Source of the DNA: Candidatus Wolframiiraptor sinensis
GTDB taxonomy: Archaea > Thermoproteota > Nitrososphaeria_A > Caldarchaeales > Wolframiiraptoraceae
NCBI GenBank assembly: GCA_023261815.1
Contig: JALNKA010000001.1
Coordinates: 147,548-211,547, forward strand
Reading direction: 5' to 3'
DNA length: 64,000 nucleotides
Each line of letters begins with the position of its first letter. The stretch's first letter is position 1. A model generated the notes under the pieces. That model ran no database searches. It was not told the DNA's origin and saw nothing but the letters and a program-made list of their open reading frames with translations. This document shows, piece by piece, positions 10,248 to 20,581 of this stretch. Made by a program: the position numbers and the translations under genes.

Positions 10248-11276
10248 TTGGAGCTGATCATCGATTGCGGCGATTACAGCCTGAAGAACTCGCTCACACC
10301 ATCATTCATCTCGAGCCTATATGAGAGCATCAGACCCGATGCGTGGATTAAGGTTGCTGGCAGGCTCGGCGGCAAGCTGAAGATTGAGCAGAGAGGGAGA
10401 AGGCTCATAATAACATCAACGGCCGAGATCTCCAGGGATGAGCTGGAAAGATTGGCTCTATTCGAGTCCGGATTATGGCGCGAGGAGTTCGAGAGCGGCA
10501 TCAGCAAGTTTCCCCCGAGCTTCAGGGATGCTGTGGAGGCTCTGGCGAAGACTTACCCCGGCGTAAGAATACCGATAGCTCCATGGGATTTCGACTACAT
10601 CCTAGTGGCGGTCCTACTCTCCAAGAGGGCGAACTACGAGATGGTCAGGAGATGGTGCAGAAAGCTCTGGAAAGCATTTGGAGATAATTTGCACAACTTA
10701 TCCTCAGCAGGATCATCAATCTTGAGGAGGATTACTCGTAGCTATCAGCTCGAGGATGCGGCGAGGTCCCTGAGGGACTTGATGAGATTGATGAAGGAGC
10801 CCAGGAGAATTCACAGCGAGATCATCCGGAGATTCGGCGCTCCGCGGGAGCCCCTTTCCGAATACCTGCTGAGCCTGCCACCCGAGATCGCGAGGATTAT
10901 TCTGCTCTCGGCCTGGGGCATCGGGCCGAAGGTTGCTGACTCGACGATACTCTCGACATTCAAAGCCCCACACTTCATACCATGTGATGTTCATCTGAGA
11001 ATTTTCGTCGAGAGGTTGTCGCTGGTAGAGGATTTCAAGATGCCCGAGAAGGCTCTTTGCAGGAGATTCCTGTGCGGCGATGAGGGCGCTTGGGGTCTCG
11101 CTCCATGCTCCAGCCGGAGATGCCTACGAGCAATTCTCAGGCCTCTTGGCGACCTCGGAGGATGGATTCAAACACTTATTTACCTCCATGGGAAGGAGTA
11201 TTGTAGATCTGTGAAGCCGCGGTGCGGCGAGTGCCCCTTGAGAAGATTGTGCTCGAGTTCTAGTAGGGCCCCCTAG
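10248..11276 (+). CDS. HhH-GPD / endonuclease III-like DNA glycosylase with [4Fe-4S] FCL motif
   Basis: LLSAWGIGPKVAD (HhH with Lys), PCDVH, C-x6-C-x2-C-x5-C at C-terminus. Confidence 0.85.
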   Translation: MELIIDCGDYSLKNSLTPSFISSLYESIRPDAWIKVAGRLGGKLKIEQRGRRLIITSTAEISRDELERLALFESGLWREEFESGISKFPPSFRDAVEALAKTYPGVRIPIAPWDFDYILVAVLLSKRANYEMVRRWCRKLWKAFGDNLHNLSSAGSSILRRITRSYQLEDAARSLRDLMRLMKEPRRIHSEIIRRFGAPREPLSEYLLSLPPEIARIILLSAWGIGPKVADSTILSTFKAPHFIPCDVHLRIFVERLSLVEDFKMPEKALCRRFLCGDEGAWGLAPCSSRRCLRAILRPLGDLGGWIQTLIYLHGKEYCRSVKPRCGECPLRRLCSSSSRAP

Positions 11277-11277
11277 T

Positions 11278-11670
11278 TCATGGCAGGGATACTTGGAGGA
11301 ACTCATCCTTCGCGGAATGCTTTCTCAGGATCTCGGCCATTTTCACAGCCGCTGCTAGGAGCATCTCATATAGTTCTCCGGCGCTTATCCCAGCATCCTC
11401 GCACCTCTCCTCATCCAATGAGTATGGAGCTCTAACCCATATCGTTAAGATCTCACCAATGATTGCCACTCTGAGATGCGGGAGGCCCATGACGGCCATC
11501 TCGCGCGATGGCATTAGAGCATAGCCCTCAGCCCTCTTCTCGGGATTCAGGCCGGCGGATCTTCCCGCCTCCAGAATTTCCTCGGTGATTTCCTCGACGC
11601 GCTCCGGCGAGGCTTTCAGCGTTATGTGAATCCTCGCCAGCCCATCCCTCATCTCCTCAATTCCGCTCAT
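11278..11670 (-). CDS. Hypothetical protein
   Basis: 130-aa ORF with coding-like composition. Confidence 0.65.
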   Translation of the reverse strand: MSGIEEMRDGLARIHITLKASPERVEEITEEILEAGRSAGLNPEKRAEGYALMPSREMAVMGLPHLRVAIIGEILTIWVRAPYSLDEERCEDAGISAGELYEMLLAAAVKMAEILRKHSAKDEFLQVSLP

Positions 11671-11694
11671 CTCGCAGACGTCCTCCAGAGCATT

Positions 11695-12089
11695 TTAGCC
11701 CTGCTGCATCTGAAATCTGAGCTTATTGAGGTCGGGGTCTCCGCTAAACACCCTCATCAAAGCATACAGGTGATCTGTTGAGATGAATTTCTCCAGGCTT
11801 GCCTCGCTTTTTCCGAGATCCGCCTTGTATCTCGTCTCCACCCTTATCAATCCTCTTTCGGCGAGCAGCTTCTCAGCGGCGGGCAAGGCTGATGCGGCCT
11901 TGCCCATCTCCTCCAAGCTCATACCTCTAATGCCCCATAAGCAGGTTAGAGTATCCATTAGATCGCTCTCCCACGCGGATCCATAGAGCAGTAAAAGGGC
12001 TCTTAGATATCCGCGGCCGTGCGCTCAACAACACCTCTGCCCTCAGATCCCAGAACCTCTCTTATAGCACGCTCCATCTCTCCGCTCAT
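11695..12089 (-). pseudogene. Hypothetical protein with 1-bp frameshift at ~12006
   Basis: ATG 12089 MSGEMERAIREVLG...TAADI|LRALLLLYGSAWESDLMDTL joins ORF 11695-11958 if one C is restored. Confidence 0.6.
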
Positions 12090-12150
12090 GCCTCTTCTCC
12101 CAGATTACCGGGATCTAAGCCCTTTTAAGTGTTTGGATGTCTCTAAGTCG

Positions 12151-13338
12151 TTAGGATGCATCGGTGTAATCCGTGAAGGTCCATGAGGCTCGATCCAGCA
12201 GTATCTCTCTGAGTATCCTTTTCGAGTATTCTGGCTCGAGCTGGAGCATTAGCGCAGCGAGGTGCTTGCAGAAGCTCAGCGCGTCCTTCATCCTCGCCCA
12301 GTCGGCGCAATCATGGATAATCATCTTCCTCTCCAGGTCTATGAAGACCTTGTATTCCTTGACTCTCGCTGATAAGATGTTCGCGGTCTTCTCCAGAACC
12401 TCTATCTCCCCTCCGCCCATCTCTCTAGCCCTCCTGAGCCTAGCCTCATTCGTCAGGAGCTTCAGCATCTCCTCGACGCTGTCCGGGATCCTCTCAGGCG
12501 GGAGCATTTGAGAGAGCTTGGGATGCTCCGCGGCGCCGCGCCTCAGATTCTCCTCCACTTTCTCGAGAACCCTCCTCTGAGCCGGAGTTATTATCCCGAG
12601 TATCTCGAGCACCTGCAGGGCATCATGAACAGCATATCCCTTGAAATGATTATTGAAGTAGCCGTAGACGCTCTTCACCCTCACAGATACCTCGATTATC
12701 CTGGGCTTCCAGGCCTCAAGCTCCTCCCTGCTATAATGGTAATAGTACCACGGTCTCTTCCCCCTGCCATGCCATCTCATGTAGGCGAAGTCGGCGGTGA
12801 TGTGTATCTCCGGCGGGAGAAGCGGCTCATCAACAATCGTGTAAGCGACATTATACCTAGACAGGATGCTCATCACATCGCTCCTCAACCACGACTCATC
12901 CCTGAATTCTATGGCGAACTGGTATTCTCCTGGCAGCTCCGCGAGAAACTTCTCGAGAACATCAGCGCCCTCCTCGTACTCGAATTTCGGGGGCAGCTGG
13001 ATGAGCAGGGGGCCGAGCTTCCCCGAATCCCTCAGGGGCCTCAGCAGATCAAGAAACCTGGCCAAGTCCTTCAGAGCGCCCTTCCCCGGATCAAGCTTCT
13101 TCTCATGCGTTATGATGGAAGGTATCTTCGCCGCAAATATGAATCCTCTTGGGGTGTGCCGCGCGAGCCCCTCAACGACCTTGAGATCCGGATAGGAGTA
13201 GAAGGTCGAATCCATCTCAGCGGTATCGAAGACGCTGCAGTATTTCTGGAGCTTACTCTCCTCCCGCTCGTAGAATACTCCCTCCCAGTCCCTGTAGCTC
13301 CAGCCGCTCGTCCCTATTCTGATCAAGCCTGGTATCAC
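12151..13338 (-). CDS. DUF72 protein with C-terminal SWIM zinc-finger-like domain
   Basis: IGTSGWSY, EMDSTFY, LIQLPP, YMRWHGR, YFNNH; C-terminal HDCADW...FCKH. Confidence 0.88.
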   Translation of the reverse strand: MIPGLIRIGTSGWSYRDWEGVFYEREESKLQKYCSVFDTAEMDSTFYSYPDLKVVEGLARHTPRGFIFAAKIPSIITHEKKLDPGKGALKDLARFLDLLRPLRDSGKLGPLLIQLPPKFEYEEGADVLEKFLAELPGEYQFAIEFRDESWLRSDVMSILSRYNVAYTIVDEPLLPPEIHITADFAYMRWHGRGKRPWYYYHYSREELEAWKPRIIEVSVRVKSVYGYFNNHFKGYAVHDALQVLEILGIITPAQRRVLEKVEENLRRGAAEHPKLSQMLPPERIPDSVEEMLKLLTNEARLRRAREMGGGEIEVLEKTANILSARVKEYKVFIDLERKMIIHDCADWARMKDALSFCKHLAALMLQLEPEYSKRILREILLDRASWTFTDYTDAS

Positions 13339-13416
13339 GGGTTGGAATCCGAATCCACGAGATATAAATTTCCGGGATGACCCTTGAGATGTTAGAGCCT
13401 GCGGGATGCGCGAGGC

Positions 13417-14346
13417 ATGGCAGAGATAATAATCGGATGTGGGGGATGGAGCTACTTCCAGGCGTTGGGCGTGGATCCGCTGAAGCTCTATTCGCTGGCA
13501 TTCAGGTTCGTCGAGGTGAACTCCACGTTCTACAATCTACCGGACGTGGGGACAGTGGCCGCTTGGAGGAGAAGGGTTCCAAGCAGCTTCGAGTTCTCGG
13601 TGAAGGCCAATAGACTCATCACGCACAAGTGGAGGCTGACTCCATCGAGCCAGCTCATAGAGCTGCTGCAAAGGCATCTCGAGCTGTGCGGAATCCTGAG
13701 ATCTAGGATAATAGTGCTGGAGGTTCCGAGAAGAGTGCACTTGAAGGAGATAGCGGTCAATCTCTCGAAGATACTTGATCAGGTGGATCTGGGGAATGTC
13801 AGGCTGGCGGTCGAGCCGAGATGCGGGTGGGCGGCAGGATCCGCCGAGACGATACGCGCGCTCAGGGATATGGGCATAATACCCGTGGCAGACTACTCCA
13901 AGGAGGACCCACCATACGATGATGATGAAATAGCTTATAGCAGGCTATTCGGGAGGGGAGAGCACAACATATACCAGCTGACGGACGAAGATCTAATGGC
14001 AATCAGGGAGAGGGCCTTGAAGAGGAGGTCGAAGAGAATCTACCTGAGCTTCCATGGGATAGCCATGTACCTGGATGCGGCGAGGATGGAGAAGTTCCTG
14101 AAGAGCGGGGAGCTTCCCCCAGCCACATCCAAGTTTGGGATAGACTCGCTTGAGGAGGTTTTGAGGGATGCGAGGTTCCCGGCGGCGAAACAAGAGCTTG
14201 TTAGAAAGCATGGCTGGAAGCTCGTGGACGTGGATCCGAGGACGAGGGTTCCGGCGAGCGTGATCTTGAAGCAGCTGAGAAGAGACATGTACAACAGCTT
14301 AGAAGAAGTGATCGAGGAGCTGAGAAGAAGATTTGAGAAAGCATAG
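13417..14346 (+). CDS. Divergent DUF72 protein with DUF2795-like C-terminal domain
   Basis: IGCGGWSY, VEVNSTFY, YSRLFGRG; tail RFPAAKQELVRKHG...YNSLEEVI. Confidence 0.82.
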   Translation: MAEIIIGCGGWSYFQALGVDPLKLYSLAFRFVEVNSTFYNLPDVGTVAAWRRRVPSSFEFSVKANRLITHKWRLTPSSQLIELLQRHLELCGILRSRIIVLEVPRRVHLKEIAVNLSKILDQVDLGNVRLAVEPRCGWAAGSAETIRALRDMGIIPVADYSKEDPPYDDDEIAYSRLFGRGEHNIYQLTDEDLMAIRERALKRRSKRIYLSFHGIAMYLDAARMEKFLKSGELPPATSKFGIDSLEEVLRDARFPAAKQELVRKHGWKLVDVDPRTRVPASVILKQLRRDMYNSLEEVIEELRRRFEKA

Positions 14347-14639
14347 GATACGCGGCGTGCGATATTGGGAAAATTTTATATGAGTGCCTTATGGGGCAAA
14401 GGCAAAACTTTGGAGGCTGAATTATAAGCGGAAATGTTCATGTGAGGAAAGCCGCTGGAGGGTTATTCATCGCCAGACGGAAGCTGGGATCGGGAAGCTA
14501 TGACCGGAGAGCTTCTCGAAGATCCACTGAATTATGTGCTCAGTGTGCGCCGGTCAGTAGGGCAGCAACCGCCAGATAATCTCCGCTGACTTGTTCATGA
14601 AAGCTTATATGCTGTGGGCGGGTTAGTGCTAGCGAGATA

Positions 14640-14945
14640 ATGGGCGAAGAATTGACCCTCGAGGAGTTTAAGGAGGCCTTAAAGGAGCTTAGGGTGAGCA
14701 GAGCTAGAAGGGACTTCCTAAGCCACTTAATATCATACATAATCGTGAACGCCTTCCTGATATTCATCAACTTGTGGACTAGCCCGGGCGCCATATGGTT
14801 CCCATGGGTTCTAGCGGCATGGGGCATAGGCCTGGCCTTCCACTACTTCGGGAGCAGGCCGAGCTCGGTCATCGAGGAAGCGGAGAAGGAGATAGCCATG
14901 ATCGAGTATCGGGCCAGAAGAAGGAAGAAGAGCGCGGAGCAGTAG
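14640..14945 (+). CDS. 2TM domain protein
   Basis: FLSHLISYIIVN.FLIFIN...WFPWVLAAWGIGLAFH. Confidence 0.85.
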   Translation: MGEELTLEEFKEALKELRVSRARRDFLSHLISYIIVNAFLIFINLWTSPGAIWFPWVLAAWGIGLAFHYFGSRPSSVIEEAEKEIAMIEYRARRRKKSAEQ

Positions 14946-15078
14946 CCAGCAAATCCCGATGCCATTTTTATGAGGGGAGCGTGGCTCAGTAGAGATTCTC
15001 TCATTTCCGGCAAGGTTTATAGGGTGACATGCTCACCGCGATTTCCAACAGCGCGCGTGTAGGGTGAGTGGGAGACGA

Positions 15079-16544
15079 ATGAGCTCGATCGCGGGCGAAT
15101 CCTATCAATCCTATCAGTCACGACCCTAGCCTCATTTCTAACGGGCTTAAACGTTAGGCTCGCGCTCGTCGGCTTCCCCATAATCGCGCATGAGCTCGGA
15201 TCAAGCTTCGACGAAGCCCTATGGATTATTCAGGGCTTCCTAATAGGATCAACAACGATACAGCTGATAGTCGGGGATCTCGCCGACCTATTCGGAAGAG
15301 TGAGGCTATTTAACATCGGCCTACTAATCTTCACCCTCGGCGGCCTAGCCTCCGGCCTAGCACTGAGCCCCGACATGCTGATAATCTCGCGGATAATGCA
15401 GGGGATAGGCTCGGCCTTCCTGATAACGCTCAGCGTGACGATCCTGACGGACAATCTCCCGCGCAGCGTCCTGGGAACATGGCTCGGAATAAATCAAATC
15501 GCCTGGAGAATTGGAGCGCTATTAGGGCTAACATTAAGCGGGATAATCATAGACTTACTGGGATGGAGATGGGTCTACCTATTTCATGCGCCTGTGGGCT
15601 TCGCGGCTCTCATATGGAGCCTGAGAACTCTGAGAGAGGCATATAGGCCTCCGCGCGAGGCGTGCATCGACATCCCAGGATTCGCGCTATTCACGCTATT
15701 CCTCTTCTCCACAGCTATAGGCTTGACGTTGATGCTGAACGCAGCTAAGTGGATCAGTGAGATAATGCTGCTGATGATCCTCGCATCCATCCTCCTCTCG
15801 CTCTTCATAATTCATGAGAGAAGGGGGAGATGCAGGGCGCTGGACTTATCGATATTCAGGAACCTCCAGTTTACGGGAAGCATAATAGCTCAGCTCCTCT
15901 ACGCCATGGGCTTCGGAGGCTCCATGACCCTACTGGTGATCTTCTTTGAAATCTTAGAAAGCTATTCAGCATCATTAACGGGACTACTGATAACGCCGTT
16001 CGAGCTCTCATTCCTCATATTCGGAATACTGGGCGGCAGAATATCGGATAAACGGGGATTCGAGATGCCAACCATAGCCGGGTTATCCCTCGCCGCCGCA
16101 GGCCTACTCACGCTATCGAGGATAAGCGCCTCAACGAGCCCATCCTCCATAATCGCAGCAATAATACTTCTTGGAGCAGGCGCAGGGCTCTTCGTAGCCC
16201 CGAATACCAGTTCTATAATGACATCCGTGCCCCCGGACAAGAGAGGGGTAGCATCAGCGATAAGGACGCTCTCATTCAACATAGGCTTCCTCCTGAGCCT
16301 GAACATCGCAGTCATATCGCTCGTGCAGGTAACATCATACGATGTCGCCTCGCGGCTGATAATTGCGGAGGGGATGATGAACGCTGAAGCGAGCATCACG
16401 GCGAGCAGCCTCGCAAAAGCCATATTAGGAGCATTTCAGGCACAGGCGGCAATAATGCTGGCGGGAATACCATTCTCACTATTAAGAATGATCCTCGGCA
16501 AAAACCTTAGGAAACCGCAACGCCCCAAGCGCACCTTGCCCTAA
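15079..16544 (+). CDS. MFS transporter (DHA2/EmrB-like), apparent 1-bp frameshift at 15093-15095
   Basis: Frame is open upstream of 15300 (ILSVTTLASFLTGLNVRLALVGFPIIAHEL) without a start; ATG 15079 joins it if GGG is GGGG; GDLADLFGR motif A. Confidence 0.82.
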
Positions 16545-16642
16545 CAAGCATGATGGAAAAGAGGGGGCAGAAGAATATATGGCCACCAAGACCTCGAAAA
16601 AGTTAAATATATATAGTGCCTCCTTTATCGAAAAGCATCATG

Positions 16643-16691
16643 TTAACATTTTTGCAAAAATTTTTCTTATTTTTTTGCAAAAATTATTATA
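16643..16691. promoter_or_regulatory. Tandem palindromes TTTTTGCAAAAA (16649-60, 16672-83) upstream of a TATA-like box
   Basis: Two perfect 12-bp palindromes 23 bp apart; 16643-16662 matches 18430-18449 at 17/20. Confidence 0.5.
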
Positions 16692-16720
16692 CCGGCAAGG
16701 ACCACAATCCATCGTGGAAA

Positions 16721-17110
16721 ATGGAAGGGAGGAGGAACGTGGCGGAAACCATGTGCGGGGTGAAATGCGCGGCCATGTTCAAGGGTGTTATTAGGGATCT
16801 TATGGGTGAGAGCGCGCTAATAGTCCTAGAGCGTCAGCTCTCGAGGAAGCTGACCGAGGCAGAGCCCTTCGAATACATGCTGATAGATCCTAGAAGATTC
16901 TATGATGCGCTGGCCTCCATTATCGGGCCCAACGCCGCACGCACTCTTCTAAAGCTCATCTTCAAACAAATAGCCGAAAAACACAAGTTAACGTGGCTTC
17001 GCGCCGATGAACTCATAGCAATGATGATCAAGGGTGGAGAAGGAGCAAAGGAGCAAATCTCAAAGCTCTTCCAAGAAATATGCAAATCCGAAAACTCCGA
17101 AAATTACTAA
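16721..17110 (+). CDS. Small helical protein (DUF3227/NitrOD-like, tentative)
   Basis: LMGESALIVLE...DPRRFYDALASIIGPNAARTLL; start at 16721 or 16751. Confidence 0.55.
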   Translation: MEGRRNVAETMCGVKCAAMFKGVIRDLMGESALIVLERQLSRKLTEAEPFEYMLIDPRRFYDALASIIGPNAARTLLKLIFKQIAEKHKLTWLRADELIAMMIKGGEGAKEQISKLFQEICKSENSENY

Positions 17111-17161
17111 AATATCTCTCAAGAAAAATGATTCTGAAAAGAATCTTGAAGGTGATGCGAA

Positions 17162-18217
17162 ATGGATGAAACGAGGAGAGTTATAGAAGCGCTTATGCAA
17201 GTGGGACCCCGATTCACTGACATATCTCAAGTATCTGGAATTCCAGTTTCTACTGTAAGGTATATATTGCTTAAGAAATTACCAAAGTTCGGCTTTCATG
17301 TTCAAATTTCTGTAGACTACGCAGCACTCGGTCTACAGAGGTACCTAGTGGAGTTCAGGAGTAAGTACCCCGTCTATCATATTTCAAAGATACTTGATCT
17401 TCTTGGGGAATGTACATATTTAGACTATTACGTTTACTCTATGAACGAGAGAAGATTTCTATCAATCTTTGCGCTTCCTCCAGCATATGAAGGAGATTTC
17501 TTGGAGTTCTTGAACCTCATGCAGGTTTCTGGTCTTATCGAAAATATCAAAGTATGCAAGCTTGTTTATTTGAGAGCTTTACCCTTAATGACAGATTTTT
17601 TTGATTTTTCAAGAGGTGTATGGGAACAGGATTGGTTTACTAAACTTGGGATGAGAGAAATACCAGAATCGCCCGAACACGTCCATTCCAATCCGAAAGT
17701 CGATAAAATAGATCTAATAATTCTTTCTGAATTACAAAAGAGAGTAACTAGAATCAAGTATGGCGAACTTGCTCAAAAGTTTAGGTTAACGCGTCAAACA
17801 ATCAGCAAGCACTACAAACATGCTAGGAACTTTATCAAACTTTTTGCAGTTTATTGGTTTCCACCAATGAATCCTGAGCTCATTGCAATACCATTACTGA
17901 TAAGAGTCCCTGCCGAAAGCAGGTATAGAAAGATACTCATTAATATACCATTCACCTTCTCTGAATTCAGAAGTGAGTCAGGGGAATATTTTGCGATGCT
18001 TCTCGTTCCAAGTATGGGTTTTTACAAAACTCTCGAGGTATTAACGAGTAATATAGAATCCCTTAGAATGAATTTTTTAGATATGCGATACACCGGAAAA
18101 TTTACAATCCAATATAATCTCTTTCAAAAAGGTCTCTGGATAAATCCGTTTGAAACTGCTATTGAAAAACTCATACAGGTAGTGAAAGGCAATATGAAAA
18201 CAGGAGAAAAAGGATAA
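17162..18217 (+). CDS. Transcriptional regulator with two HTH modules (Lrp/AsnC-like duplication)
   Basis: FTDISQVSGIPVSTVRY and IDLIILSELQ...YGELAQKFRLTRQTISKH; AT-rich. Confidence 0.72.
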   Translation: MDETRRVIEALMQVGPRFTDISQVSGIPVSTVRYILLKKLPKFGFHVQISVDYAALGLQRYLVEFRSKYPVYHISKILDLLGECTYLDYYVYSMNERRFLSIFALPPAYEGDFLEFLNLMQVSGLIENIKVCKLVYLRALPLMTDFFDFSRGVWEQDWFTKLGMREIPESPEHVHSNPKVDKIDLIILSELQKRVTRIKYGELAQKFRLTRQTISKHYKHARNFIKLFAVYWFPPMNPELIAIPLLIRVPAESRYRKILINIPFTFSEFRSESGEYFAMLLVPSMGFYKTLEVLTSNIESLRMNFLDMRYTGKFTIQYNLFQKGLWINPFETAIEKLIQVVKGNMKTGEKG

Positions 18218-18254
18218 GTAAACAAAAATAAAGAGAGAAGGGCGATATTAGCGC
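18217..18254 (-). terminator. Putative terminator for the peptide gene
   Basis: GGCG-ctaatat-CGCC hairpin followed by CTTCTCTCTTTATTTTTGTTT on the minus strand. Confidence 0.4.
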
Positions 18255-18263
18255 CTGCTTCCT

Positions 18264-18404
18264 TTAGAGTGGAACTTTAGATACTTTCTCTGCAGGCACG
18301 CCTATCAAAGCTGATACTGCTAATATGGCTGCTTCAACGGCTATTATGATTAACATCTCCTTGGATAGGCCTAATCTTAGGGCTACATCCTCAAAGTTGT
18401 TCAT
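18264..18404 (-). CDS. 46-aa hydrophobic peptide (unannotated)
   Basis: MNNFEDVALRLGLSKEMLIIIAVEAAILAVSALIGVPAEKVSKVPL; TATA-like TTAATATT ~22 nt upstream; hairpin and U-rich tract downstream. Confidence 0.6.
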   Translation of the reverse strand: MNNFEDVALRLGLSKEMLIIIAVEAAILAVSALIGVPAEKVSKVPL

Positions 18405-18512
18405 GGTTTATTAATGGTTAAGGAGAATATTAACATTTTTACAAAGAATTCAGAAATTTTTGTAATTTTGATGATTCTATGAGCAATACTTATATACTAT
18501 TGCGTCAGCGGG

Positions 18513-19049
18513 ATGAGATTGAGCCTGTTTATGCGGCTGCGAGCCGGCCCCCTCCTACTGCTCTTGTTTACGATAATGCTGATAGTTTTTCTCGCGTATC
18601 GCGGCTTGTTCGAAAATTTTGAGTTATTTCCTCCTAGCCCTGACGCGGTTTATCCGAGACCTGTTGTTGAGCTATTTTCAAGACAAGATTATGAAGTTGT
18701 GTCAGGGGGGAATGCTCCGGGCGTCATCAAACTTACCATCAGATTGAGTAATAATAGTAGTGAGCCCGGTATTCGGGGGGCTTTTGCGGCTGGCGTTCTT
18801 GTGGTGTTGAAGGGGGCTAGAGTTGATGGTTATGATCTCGGGGAATTTTCGGGCATTATAGGTGTGAGTGAGGATGGTAGCATAATTAATCCCGTGAATT
18901 CTAGCATTGTGGAGCTTTTCGCGGATAAAATCGGCCCATGGCAGTCGATAAGCGCCGTGCTCCACGTGGTAGCTCAGCGGAGGGATGAAGCAGAGGGTTT
19001 GCATAGCGATGGCCCTGATAACCAAGCCCAAGATAGTGATCCTCGATGA
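18513..19049 (+). pseudogene. Membrane-anchored hypothetical protein truncated at ~18970
   Basis: N-terminal TM; last ~25 codons are out-of-frame read-through into a dppD fragment. Confidence 0.55.
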
Positions 19050-19476
19050 GCCGACCTCGGCTCTGGACATAATAACCCAGGCGAACATAATCAATCTCCT
19101 GAAGCAATTGAAGAGGGAGCGCGGCCTATCATACATCTTCATAACGCACGACCTCGCATTGAGCAGCGAACTGGCGGACTACGTGGCGGTAATGTATGGT
19201 GGAAAGATCGTTGAACGCGGACCAGCGGACGAGGTTTATGTCTCACCCGCGCATCCCTACATGAAGCTGTTATTAAATAGTATTCCGAGGTTAAGGCAGG
19301 ACATTCCTCCATCATTCATCCCGGGTGCGCCGCCTGACTTGAGGAATCCGCCCGCGGGGTGCAGATTCCACCCCAGATGCCCGTTTATGATAAGGGGCAA
19401 GTGTGAGGTGGAGGAGCCGCCGGCCTTTAATGTTGGAGTGGGACATTATGCTGCTTGCTGGCTATATGGGGAGTGA
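18973..19476 (+). pseudogene. C-terminal half of oligopeptide ABC ATPase (DppD/OppD), Walker A missing
   Basis: Begins at LSGGMKQR directly after an in-frame TAG; [23 protein letters not shown]. Confidence 0.85.
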
Positions 19477-19482
19477 GAGGGG

Positions 19483-20457
19483 ATGAGCGAGCCCCTGATA
19501 AGATCGGTTGATCTTAAGACCTATTTCCCGGTTAGGAGAGGACTGTTCAGGATAGCTGGATACGTTAGGGCAGTCGATGGAGTTAGCTTGGAGATTTATC
19601 CCGGCGAGACGTTAGCGTTAGTCGGCGAGAGCGGATGCGGTAAAACCACTCTGGGCAAGACGCTGCTGAGAATAATAGAGCCAACAGGAGGAAAGATCTT
19701 CTTCAAGGGGCAGGAGATTACGAGCCTAGATGATGATGAGATGAAGCGTCTCAGAAGACGCATGGCCATGATTTTCCAGGATCCATACGCGAGCATAAAC
19801 CCCAGCTATAGCGTCTTCAAGGTGATAGAGGAGCCTCTGGAGATACACGATATCGGGACGAGAGAGGAGCGAGCAGAGCTCGTCATGAAGGCATTGGATG
19901 ACGTGAAGCTCACGCCGCCCGAGGAGTTTGCGAAAAAGTATCCGCATATGCTGAGCGGCGGCCAAAGACAAAGGGTCGCGATCGCCAGAGCGCTGGTTCT
20001 CAGGCCCGACTTTATAGTGGCCGACGAGCCCGTCTCAATGCTCGACGCATCCGTTAGGGTGGAGATACTTCTCCTGCTGAGGGAGCTCCAGAAGAAGCAT
20101 AACATATCATACCTGTGCATAACACATGACATCGCCACCTCGAAGTACTTCTCCGAGAAGATCGCGGTGATGTATGCCGGGAGGATAGTGGAGTTCGGGG
20201 CCTCTTCAACAGTGCTGAAGGATCCACTGCACCCATATACGCGGGCTTTGATAGAAGCCATCCCGGATCCCGATCCATCGAACAGACTCAGTATTAGGAG
20301 GGTGATTAGGGGTGAGCCGCCCGACCTATCCAACCCGCCAAAAGGCTGCAGATTTCATCCCCGATGCCCCTACGTTATGGATGTCTGCAGGCATGATGAT
20401 CCAGATCTCGTCCAGATTCGATCGGGACATCATGTTGCATGCCACTTATATGATTGA
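19483..20457 (+). CDS. Oligopeptide/dipeptide ABC ATPase (DppF/OppF)
   Basis: [30 protein letters not shown]. Confidence 0.92.
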   Translation: MSEPLIRSVDLKTYFPVRRGLFRIAGYVRAVDGVSLEIYPGETLALVGESGCGKTTLGKTLLRIIEPTGGKIFFKGQEITSLDDDEMKRLRRRMAMIFQDPYASINPSYSVFKVIEEPLEIHDIGTREERAELVMKALDDVKLTPPEEFAKKYPHMLSGGQRQRVAIARALVLRPDFIVADEPVSMLDASVRVEILLLLRELQKKHNISYLCITHDIATSKYFSEKIAVMYAGRIVEFGASSTVLKDPLHPYTRALIEAIPDPDPSNRLSIRRVIRGEPPDLSNPPKGCRFHPRCPYVMDVCRHDDPDLVQIRSGHHVACHLYD

Positions 20458-20581
20458 AAACCCATTGGAGGCTAGGAGATTTTTAACCGAGGTGAAAAGA
20501 CCTCCTAAACGACACATTTCACTTTCACCTAAATAGCGTTGAAAATAATCCATTATAAGCCTCCGAAGCAATCGTATATCC

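Noticed and set aside
13367-13372. AATTTC damage-response hexamer between the DUF72 genes
   Set aside because: A short degenerate motif expected by chance; position relative to a TATA box is unconvincing
12173-13380. Long plus-strand ORFs such as 12508-13380
   Set aside because: Antisense shadows of DUF72 in GC-rich DNA with no motifs
14347-14639. GAGGAAAG suggesting RNase P RNA or a C/D sRNA
   Set aside because: Other conserved RNase P elements and properly spaced C/D boxes are absent
14974-15030. GGGGAGCGTGGCTCAGTAG resembling a tRNA 5' end
   Set aside because: No T-loop (GTTCRA) or complementary acceptor stem follows
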